From Octopus bimaculoides (taxonomy: Eukaryota), in assembly GCF_001194135.2 (NCBI RefSeq), contig NC_068983.1:32772788-32805783 (forward strand): DNA of 32,996 nucleotides, written 5' to 3'. The position numbers and the translations under genes are program-made. How positions within the stretch are numbered: the first letter of the stretch is position 1; every line of letters begins with the position of its first letter. The notes under the pieces were generated by a model. The model was not told the DNA's origin, did not search any database, and saw nothing but the letters and a program-made list of their open reading frames with translations. Shown here piece after piece: positions 11,502-21,305 of this stretch.

Positions 11502-11544
11502 ATAAAGCGAATAAATACCGAAAAGCATTAACTTGATGCTTAAA

Positions 11545-12690
11545 TGTTTGGGCGGCTATAGGGCTAAAAGTATTGTTTCTAATCAATGCAGAAATATTTG
11601 AGCAAAATATTGTTCGTACTGTTAATGGAAATGAGAATGTAGTATTCTCTAATAAAATCTCAAATTCTTTTAATATAAAATCGGCTAGAAGATTTAAAGA
11701 TAAAAATAAAAGTAGAATAAACGCTAACTTTAAAATGGATGGAAATCACAGAACACTAACTCCTTCAAAAACTGGTATAAACATTAAAACTATGATCTTA
11801 ACTCGGAGAATACTTTATATCATTAATCGTTCCATTTGGTAAACAGGTCAATTACAATTTTTCCAAATTGTTTAATATAGCAATTCAAAAATATTTTCTA
11901 AAAAGCCATAATCGTTACAAAATTTCAATTGACATAAGATTAGATCGGGTTATTGTCTTAGCCGTAATATTGCACAAATTATAACAGCACATAATCTTAA
12001 AATAATATCGAAATTTCAGAAAAGCGATTAAGATCAGAATAGCATAATAAATTCGAAGCATAATAGCGTCAAACGGAATAAAGAAACTCAAATAGTAGGG
12101 AACGCTAAGAAATTAAATGTCGTGGAAAGGGACAGAGTCCAATCTAATATAAATAATAACGTCAAATCGAATAAAAATTCAGCTAGAAATAGAATATAGT
12201 TAACGTTATCTAAAGGAATAAATAGTAATAAGGAACTTGGTGGAAATGAATTTAATTCTACAATAAATGATCAAATCTATCTTTGCAACGAGAATCATGT
12301 TATGTGGAAAATAAGTGTAAAACTAAAAATGTAATATATAAATGTATAATTACATCTGAGGGTAAGGAATTCTTTTACATTGGTGGGACATCATTAATTT
12401 TCAAGAGGAGAATAGCAAATCATTTGAGTTCATTTAAAGACAAAATAAAGGGTCCAAAGGAGTCTTAGGAAATTAATTTGGTCTTTTAAGGACAGTAACA
12501 AGGACTATGCGGATTAAATTAGAGTTAATTTGCACTGCAAAACCAAAACCATACAGACCTGGAAACAACATATATGACCTTGTTGAGAAGAATTTTACAT
12601 GATTTTCACATCCAAGACTAATGTGATAAATTCTAGACAGGAGCAAGCATTGAGATGCTTGCACATGAGGTATTTGCGAAGTATAAATGA
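11545..12690 (+). mobile_element. Penelope-like element (Naiad-like) fragment: RT thumb, long linker, GIY-YIG endonuclease; frameshifted
   Basis: Across frameshifts: GGYRAK...RRILYIIN/VPFGKQVNYNFSKLFNIAIQKYFLKSHNRYKI/..HKIRSGYCLSRNIAQIITAHNLKI...CN(C R)ESCYVENKCKTKNVIYKCIIT...YIGGTSLIFKRRIANHLSSFK...LIWSFKD...KPYRPGNNIYDL...INSRQE...RCLH. YIG at 12376-12384. Confidence 0.85.
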
Positions 12691-12714
12691 ATAATTATCA
12701 TTTAAACAAAAGAC

Positions 12715-12855
12715 ACAGGAGTGACTGTGTGGTAGGTAGCTTGCTTACCAACCACATAGTTCTGGGTTCTACTTTAGCTTCGGGCCGACCAAAGGTTTGT
12801 GAGTGGATTTGGTAGAAGGAAACTGAAAGCAGCCCGTCGTATATATATATATATT
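12715..12855 (+). mobile_element. SINE family B, 5' half with internal deletion
   Basis: caggagtgactgtgtggtaggtagcttgcttaccaaccacatagttctgggtt|ctactttagcttcgggccgaccaaaggtttgtgagtggatttggtagaaggaaactgaaagcagcccgtcgtatata. Confidence 0.85.
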
Positions 12856-14194
12856 AAATATATACTTTTATAAAACAAATTTTACAAAATATATAGTATC
12901 TGTTAACAGTCTTAGCCAAAAACTCACAGTTGAGTTTTTGTATATATATATGTATACATGTCTCTGAAAGGATAGAGCTCAAAATCAATGCATTGAAGAT
13001 ACTTTATTGCAGCAACAATTATAATAACAGAAACAACCACAATAAGCCAAACCTATGCACATTTCAATAGGGTATCCCGGAAAAATAAACCACATCATAA
13101 GATGTCTCGTAAAATATTGTAACAAATTACAACATATTACAAATTTCTGGATACTCCATCTCATCAGGGTCGCATTATTGCCATCACCAATACTATTATT
13201 AGCAAAACACACACATCATCCAAGAGGGTGAAAGAATAATCGACGGCACGCAACCTACCATCGTTATTTTCTTACAGAATGTAAACAAACCAGTCAAGCG
13301 AAATCCAGCGACGTACGTCGCTGAATTTCGGTTGCACACACGCACGCACACATGCACACACGTACACACACAGAAGCACATACACACACATATGTCTTTA
13401 ACTATTTATTACTTTCGCTAATAGCTCTATAAAGATAAGTAAACAGTATTTTCACTATTACTGTGATATATTTGAATATGTACTGGTAAAATGTTGATTG
13501 ACTTCGAAACGCAAAGTTTACTAGGTTGGGATTTGGACTAAGAGTGCTGTAACTAATATCACGTAGTATTATATATGGTCCAAAATCTTAAACCTCGAAC
13601 GATGCCGCCAACGACTACCGTATGTATGTATGCATGCATGTGTCTGTGTGTGTAAATATACAAATATACGTACATACATAAGTGTGTGTAAATGTTTGTA
13701 TATGTTAGAATGCGTAAATAGTTTCCTATATGCGTATCTTTATTGATAATTTAATATTCACGTTTCAAATAGACTGAATCGTAAATCGTTAATAATTAAA
13801 CCAGACGGAGAAATATAATTGCACTTAAATATTAAATCTACATAAACTTGTAAAAGAAATCATTTATTTTATAATATATATGTAAAATTAGCATATAATA
13901 TGAAATACTGTTTCGTAATAATAAATTATATTTGTTAAAATGTGCTATTTGATTAAAAGATGAACGTACCAAAAATCACCGTCATGTTAACAAAATAGAA
14001 CAGTTGCAATAAATGATAAATAAATGAATATAAACTGAACTCATTATAAAAGACACATTACTTATAAAATTCTTAATATAGAAATATAGATTATCAAACT
14101 CTTAGTTTATATGTAGTGTGAAAGGGGGGGGGAGGAATTAGTTCTTGGATACAGCATTAACTCATATGATCAGACGATATGTTATAGACCGTTA

Positions 14195-14196
<2 letters not shown>

Positions 14197-14233
<37 letters not shown>

Positions 14234-14260
14234 TGCGCTCGCGTGTGTGTAGGTATGTGT
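14197..14260. repeat. (GT)n microsatellite
   Basis: Direct reading. Confidence 0.95.
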
Positions 14261-15478
14261 ATGCATAAATATTTAGAAGTAATGTGATGTATCTATGAGT
14301 GAGTATGCATGTCTCATAGCACGTACGCGTAGTTATCTACGTATAAGAGTATATGTATGTTCATATGCGTGTATGGATATATATATAAGCAAATTAGTAG
14401 GTTTTAATAAAACTTTACGGCAATGCGAATGAGGAATAAGCTGGAATAAAATATAGCTTTGCCAATAAATAACAACGATAAAGGGTTGTCTAAAACTTCG
14501 TTTTTAATATTCCAGTGTTCCGTGGGGGAAAAAAAGCCAAAAGGTTTTATTAAAATTCACCATTTTGCCCACGCATTGCAGTGCATCGAACGAGTTGTCA
14601 AATACTCAAATACTTACATGTATATATATGTACGAACGTGTGTGTATGTGCATGTGTGTATGCATGAGTGTATGAATGTATATGTTTGTGTATCTGTATA
14701 TACAGTTCAGCTGTACTTCATCCGTAATTTTGAGAAAAATTAAAAAAACAGAAACAATAGGAAAACTGTATTAATATATAAAATATAGACAGGAGGAAGA
14801 CCACAAACATTTATATGCAGAACGAGAATATATATATACAACAAAATGAAGAAGGGAAGTGAATATTTCGAAGTAATGGAAAATATGGGTGTATCTGCGT
14901 TTGTTTATGTCTCACAATATATAGTATATGTGTATGTATGTATATGCATGCGTATGTGTATATATATATACATGTGTATGTGTATATGTTGCCAACCTTG
15001 TTTTGTTCCTGTTCCCCCTCTCTCTCTCTCCATCCACCTTTCTCTGTGTATATATATGAATCTACTTAGCTATTTCTATTAAAAACTATGGATATAATGA
15101 TATTCGAAGCGTAAATTGTATTGCTTTTGAGACTCTGTCTTAAGAAATGCACATAGTTTACATTAATGCTAATATGTTATCATATTATGAATCCTATTAT
15201 GTTCATATCCTACTTAATGAACATATTTAGGAAATGTACATTTTATGTGGTGTTGAAAGAAACGTAATTAAAGGATGAAATACAATAAATTCCCTTCATT
15301 CTCACTAATTGTATTTACATTCTGCGACTAATACTTTCGGACTGGCATTTCAGTTTGTATACATAATATACTTCTTTAAGGCAGACCATATATGCATGTA
15401 CAATCTATTAGCCGGTATTCCCAGGTGTCCTTATTGAGAATCCTATTCAAATTATTTAATTCCCTTTATCTGATATAT

Positions 15479-15480
<2 letters not shown>

Positions 15481-15530
<50 letters not shown>
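15481..15530. repeat. (CA)n/(TA)n microsatellite
   Basis: Direct reading. Confidence 0.95.
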
Positions 15531-15532
<2 letters not shown>

Positions 15533-15667
15533 GTACATACATGCATTCACTCATACACACACACATACATATTTGTATATATACATCTATGGTAAATGAG
15601 AGACATAAGATGGAAGATACGAAAATTTTTATTTATCACTACAATTGTTTCTACACATCTAACATAG

Positions 15668-15735
15668 ATCCCTCACAGGTTGGATGCTTACCGATTGGTT
15701 CTGGAACATCCAACGGTGCATATGTGTCTCTTCAG
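15668..15735 (+). CDS. Candidate coding exon A of an unidentified gene (phase 1 to 0): (D)PSQVGCLPIGSGTSNGAYVSLQ
   Basis: Acceptor tctaacatag|, donor cag|gtgata, 68 nt, open and in phase with exon B. A weaker upstream candidate exon 15381-15414 (ADHICMYNLLA, ends phase 1) would also fit. Confidence 0.45.
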
Positions 15736-16235
15736 GTGATAGATAGATGTAACTCGTTAAGATAACAGTTCTGCAATGCATCTTCTCATTTCGTGTAAAG
15801 AAAAGCAACAAATTAAAGGAAATAGTTTTATTTATGTAGAAGATCAATAATAAAATAATAGATGCAAAAAAGAAACGAACATGCAATACAGCGAAAAATC
15901 TTTAAATATAACCGTTAACGGATATGTATGTATAAACGCTGTCGCGTAGGCTATATGGCGCACGTACACTCGCTCATACAAGCATCCAGAAGATGTAATC
16001 ATACGCACACGTGTGAGTTGGCGCACAAATGTTAACATAGCGAATTAAATAGCCACTTGGTGTTTATAAGAATGGAGAGGTTAAAGCTAAATTTAATTCA
16101 TCCATATCTTAAGGTAAATTATGTTAACAGTTACTCAAATTAATTCTAACTGCATTGTGCGAAATTACATTTATATGCATGTAAGCATCTTGAGAGTCTT
16201 TCAGTAATTCTATTAATGATCTTATTAGTCCACAG

Positions 16236-16317
16236 AATAGACAGGGAGTCCTCAGAGGAGAGTCGGCATCTCCTGGAAATGATATTATATGGTTTTACGT
16301 GTCTTACTATGGACCAG
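16236..16317 (+). CDS. Candidate coding exon B (phase 0 to 1): NRQGVLRGESASPGNDIIWFYVSYYGP
   Basis: Acceptor ttattagtccacag|, donor cag|gttatg, 82 nt, GC-richer than flanks, open in the frame inherited from exon A. Confidence 0.45.
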
Positions 16318-16393
16318 GTTATGTCATGCTTAATTTTATCCTCCTTAACTCACTACACAAATATATATATATGTAAAATTATATATGTATATA

Positions 16394-16933
16394 CAGTAGC
16401 GGTCATAATATAAGGGTCAGTAAGAGCAAGTGTATTGAAATATTTATTATAGAAGATTAACAAAACATTGAGACTAGATATTTTACACATATTTAGATAT
16501 ATCTAACATCTTTATCACTCAAAAAATCTATGACTCTCTTCGCAGTGTGACAGGGAGCGTTGTCCTGCATAAAGATAGGAGGTTGAACTGATGAGAATCG
16601 GAGATGCGGAACGGCATGCTTTCTAAGAATTTGCTTGTAGGTTTCAGTCCCTTGTAGGCGAATAAGTGGACTAGGACCAGCAGAAGAGCTCACTCCCCAT
16701 ACCATTACACTGCTTCTTCCATATTTTTGGCCGCTGCAATTTGGAAGATTATTTGTTCTTTTCCTCATAACTTACGAAATATTTATTTCATTCACTTGAA
16801 ACTTTCACGAAAAAAAGATGTTAGATATATTTAGATATGTGTAAAATATCTAGTCTCAGTCTGTTGTTAACCTTTTATAATTACTATTTCAATACACTTG
16901 TTCTTACTGACCCTTATATTATGGCCCCTACTG
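16394..16933 (-). mobile_element. Tc1 deletion derivative, 540 bp, 120-bp TIRs, TA target duplication, internal DDE transposase fragment
   Basis: TA|CAGT...ACTG|TA. TIRs 16394-16513 and 16814-16933 differ at about 12 of 120 positions. Minus ORF SSVMVWGVSSSAGPSPLIRLQG..YKQIL..H...IFMQDNAPCHTAKRVIDFL carries the Tc1 VMVWG and QDNAPCH motifs. Confidence 0.95.
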
Positions 16934-18170
16934 TACACACACACACACACACACGCACACACATACACACATATATATATGTACATATCCTTCTAAAAAT
17001 CACTAACATAAGTAACGTATGGCCCCTTATAGCATATATACACTATTTACCTTTTTACTACAGAATTTAACGGTTTCTTAATGGCCAGCAGTTTGTCTTT
17101 GAAAGTTAACTGACCATTTGTATCCTCTTGCTGTCCGCTCCAGTACTACTCCAGACCGGGGTTGTTTCAGATATACTGCCTACTTATAATAATTAGTAAA
17201 ATGCATACGAGATCAACTATAATTAAATTATAGTCGACTATTATTATATAGTTCTATAACTACCGGTATTTCTAATTATATTTCTTATTTTTTCACTTTA
17301 TTTTTTGACTTAACTAAAACACTCATTTTTATTTATCTAACTCAAGCCTCCTCCCCACATATATATAGGAATGTACCACTTAATATTATGGGTCAGCATG
17401 TAGCACCAATTGATTATCACCGTTCTCACTTTCTCCTTTTTCTTTTTACTTATATTTTATTTACTTTTCCGCTCTAATGAAGTTTCGTGATTCAATTTGA
17501 TTTAACTAACAGCCTACAATGATAACTATCATTACTATTTTTGTGGCGGTTAAAACTGAGAATCATGGTAACCGAAGCAGATTCTGTCTGTTCGTAATTA
17601 ATAAATGATAATTGATGTAAATAGTTGTAAATCAATTGTTATTCATCAATTGTATCTCTATTTTCTATTTTCCTTATATATATACAGAGAAAGAGAGAGA
17701 GAGAGAGAAAGAAGGAGGAGAGCAATTAAAAAACTTAGCTTCTATGCGTGTTGAATAATCGATGTTTAAATAAAACATTTGCCTTGGTTACGAAATAACT
17801 GTAAAAGTGGGCCAAATGAATAAAGCTTATTTTAAAATCTCAGTGGTTAATACTGAACCAATTTCATATTTAATACACAAATTAAATAAATTGATTTTTA
17901 AAATTAATTTAGTTTAAGCTTGTTACATACTACAATCTTCAGTAGTATACTCCCATATTTATGAAAATAATATAAACTGTAGCATATATTTACCTTTATT
18001 TATCCACAGCAGTTCGTAATTTAAGGTGCTCAAATATTTTTCAAAATAATTAGAGAGAAAGAAAAAGGCGTATTTTTTTGTTCACAAGTCAACGTGCTTC
18101 TAACTTGCCGGGGCCGAAGGTGGCAAATCATGTATGTATAGAGGGACATAGAGAGTGGAAGAAGAGCAGT

Positions 18171-18336
18171 TATTTCGTCTGTCTTTACGTTCTGTGTTCA
18201 AATTCCGCCGAGGATGACTTTGCTTTCATCTTTTCGGCGTCGATAAATTAAGTACCAGTTGCGTACTGGGTCGGTCTAATCGACTGGCCCTCTTCTCAAA
18301 AATTTCGGGCCTTGTGCCTAGAGTAGAAGAGAATAT
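18171..18336 (+). mobile_element. SINE family A, 5'-truncated
   Basis: tatttcgtctgtctttacgttctgtgttcaaattccgccgaggatgactttgc...gataaattaagtaccagttgcgtactggg...ggccttgtgcctagagtagaagagaatat. Confidence 0.9.
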
Positions 18337-18942
18337 ATACGCACAACGGCATTACCTTGATATCTAAATCTTTCGATGCCGATGTATTATATTACGTCTG
18401 TCTATGTACCTAGTCTATATAATTATTTGTCTTGACTACAGATACAACACAATATTAGTGACAAGATACGAGCCACTACTGACCCGTCGGTTATTTACCT
18501 GATACCCACTCGTGAGGCTGTCGACTCTTCTTGTATATATTACTGAGAACTTGAATTTATGACACTAACAAAGAATATTCAAATGGTTAAAGTTTGAAGT
18601 AAACTCCATATTCAACCTTTTGAGATTATATTGATGCTGTGCAACACTAAACGAGAAATAAATTGATAAAGCATAAACATTATTATCGTAATGGAATAGT
18701 TAAATACAAGAAAACTGCTCGTGGTCTGCCTTTATTGGAAAATATTAATGCAAAAGTTCAAACAGTGGAATGAATTTATGCCAAGAGGAAGAATTTATTC
18801 CACTGCCTGAACTAATATAACATATTTCTCTTCAGTCCATATATTATTGTTTTTTTGTGTGTATAACTTGGAAAATAGATAAATATTATTGATTTCTCTT
18901 GAGACTGTTCTATAAACTAATGTGATTTCTTTTCTATTTCAG

Positions 18943-18972
18943 ATAAAAGAGAATCGTTTTCAAGCAGAGACA
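18943..18972 (+). CDS. Candidate 30-nt microexon C (phase 1 to 1): (D)KRESFSSRD
   Basis: Branch-like actaat 18916-18921, strong acceptor gatttcttttctatttcag|, donor |gtacgt, open in the frame inherited from exon B. Confidence 0.5.
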
Positions 18973-20975
18973 GTACGTATTGCAGATTTTGTTTATATAT
19001 ACAAATTTTCGAAGAATTGTTTCAGGATCTAATTCGTTGAATTAACAATATTTTATACTTGCAAGAAAATAGCTACTGAAAAAATTATTCCAATTGACAA
19101 AATGCCATTTATTTATTTAAAGTTTTTTAAGTCGTAAACATTCCTCATTGTCCTTGAATCTACTCCGTCAATGGAGCTGCCTTTAATTTCAATTTACTTA
19201 CATGTTGATTATTTCGAAAGTATGACTGTTGTGTGATTATCTATTATCTTCGACTGACTTGAGCTATGGATTAAATTCGTGATTAAGTAGTGACAGAGGA
19301 TAAAACTTAAAGATTTGGTCTTTATGTAGTGGATCTGGAAATGGTCAGTTTTGTGGAATACATATATCTTTAGTTAGAGTAGATAATAATATTTCAATCA
19401 TGCAACTGCTGCTTAACAAAGATCTATATATTGTATATCTGAGAAGTTAAGCTCTATTTACATATATCATACGTTATAATATAAAACAGAATATTGGTCT
19501 GTCCTCTACCTATGAAACCTATGGGCAGTTAAATATCCTGGACTTGCGCTAGTTGAATCCGAACATCTGAATCAGCTTGAAAGCTAACATAGGATAAATA
19601 ACATTAAATTACAAAGCCTATTATGAGCACAGCCTTAACAGGTAAGAGAGAATATTCACGACCTGTGTAGTGTGTTATGAACATATCTTTGGCATTCTAT
19701 TGACTGACTGTAAATATCCACCAATTCTAATTATTTGGAATATTGAATTTTCTAAATATCTTAGAGATTCAGAAAAATAGGATTATTTTTGTTACGCTGA
19801 AAAACTAAGTGAAATTCGATGAGTTAATTATATGAGATGCTGTAACCACATGGAAGGAAGTATTTCGATGATATTCTTACGACAAATGCAAATGTTAGTC
19901 AATGTGGATGAGATAATATTTTATTAATTCACGAATTTGAATTCATAAAATTTGAATACATTAATTACTGAATGAATCCCACATGTGTGGAGAATGAATA
20001 TTTATACCCATTGTCTCTTGATTTGATGGTAAAGCTCATGCTGCAATAGCCGAAATTATAGAAAAACCATTGGAGGAACGAAATTTAGTCACAGTTTAGT
20101 TTAATACTTTATGAAAATGTAAATTCAATAATCTTTCGGTTGTCAGATCCAATCCGAAGTAAATCTGAAACATATTATAATCCGAATTAAATATAAGGTC
20201 GTTTATATTTTACAATCTATCAGTATTAACATTGAATAGATAATTCGTCAGCTTGTTATGAAAGGATTCTGTAACATAGACATAGATAGTTATGCGATTC
20301 CATTGTTCTATCCGTCTCAAAATAATTACATTTTTGAAAACAGTATATAATTCGGTAGACATTTCATTCCAGTTATTCGGATATTAAAATTACTATGCGC
20401 ACTAGAAAAGTTTTGCTATTATTCGTTAATTCCTTTTAGGTTAACAGTTGTAATTAGATATTATATAATGTGACTAATAAAGCGTATGAAGGGCTAAGGT
20501 TTCTCAATGAATATTCTTGTGCATCTCAATCATACTTCGGAAGAAATTCTTCCCTGCTGATGATAATCCTTAACGTTACGAGTCAGAAATAGTTTGAGAA
20601 AAATGAATGATTAAAAAGCGGTAATTGTCAAGTGGATCGTCACAGTCCAGCACGGAGAAGGGAGAAACTCTGTGTAGATTCATATATTTTGATATCAGAA
20701 ACATATCAATACCTCTACTCAACGCACTTCCATAACAGATAAAATTAACATATATAAATAAATATTCATGAAATGTTCTTTCATATTTTATGTTTACTTC
20801 GAAAATAGAGGTGAACACCTTTCTCCATGTGAATGGCTGGAAAAGTTGTTAGCACACTAGAATATTTTCGTACTCTTCATAACATGAAACCAATGGTAGA
20901 CTTAATTCACGAAAAAAGAAATCATATCCACTAATGTAATGTTGAGCACTCATTTTCATCGTTCGACATTTACGT

Positions 20976-20976
<1 letters not shown>

Positions 20977-21034
<58 letters not shown>
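20977..21034. repeat. (TA)n microsatellite
   Basis: Direct reading. Confidence 0.95.
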
Positions 21035-21038
<4 letters not shown>

Positions 21039-21138
21039 CTTTGGAACAGCAGCATAGTCGAGATGGTATGTTTTCTTCTCTTCTTCTTGTTTTTTGCAAA
21101 CATCTTCAAAATGACTTTCTAAAATGAAATTCCATTAT

Positions 21139-21224
21139 GCAGCTGACGAGTACATTTTCATTGTACATTCTGTGGTGTTCTCACTACATGAATAAACGGA
21201 GCTTGTACGAAACGTACGTACTGC
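21139..21224 (+). ncRNA. Type I hammerhead ribozyme
   Basis: Helix I gcag 21139-42/ctgc 21221-24; core CTGACGA 21143-49; helix II gtaca 21150-54/tgtac 21204-08; GAAA 21209-12; helix III A-cg-ta-cg-T (palindrome acgtacgt 21212-19); cleavage triplet GTA 21218-20. Confidence 0.85.
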
Positions 21225-21258
21225 TATAACCTATTGAATTTTTGTTGCTTATCTTCAA

Positions 21259-21259
21259 A

Positions 21260-21294
<35 letters not shown>

Positions 21295-21296
21295 AT
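21259..21296. repeat. (TATC)n microsatellite
   Basis: Direct reading. Confidence 0.95.
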
Positions 21297-21305
21297 AGAA
21301 AATCC

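Noticed and set aside
13125-13175. Minus-strand CTGATGA...GAAA hammerhead-like motif
   Set aside because: Two extra bases between the core and helix II, a mismatch at the first helix I pair and a weak helix III; compatible with chance.
19500-19645. Possible further exon(s) with donor cag|gtaaga at 19641
   Set aside because: All frames from the nearest acceptor hit stops; several alternative terminal exons are possible and none is supportable.
20557-20590. CTGATGA...GAAA (similar cases at 24396 and minus 28756)
   Set aside because: No helix II or helix I pairing.
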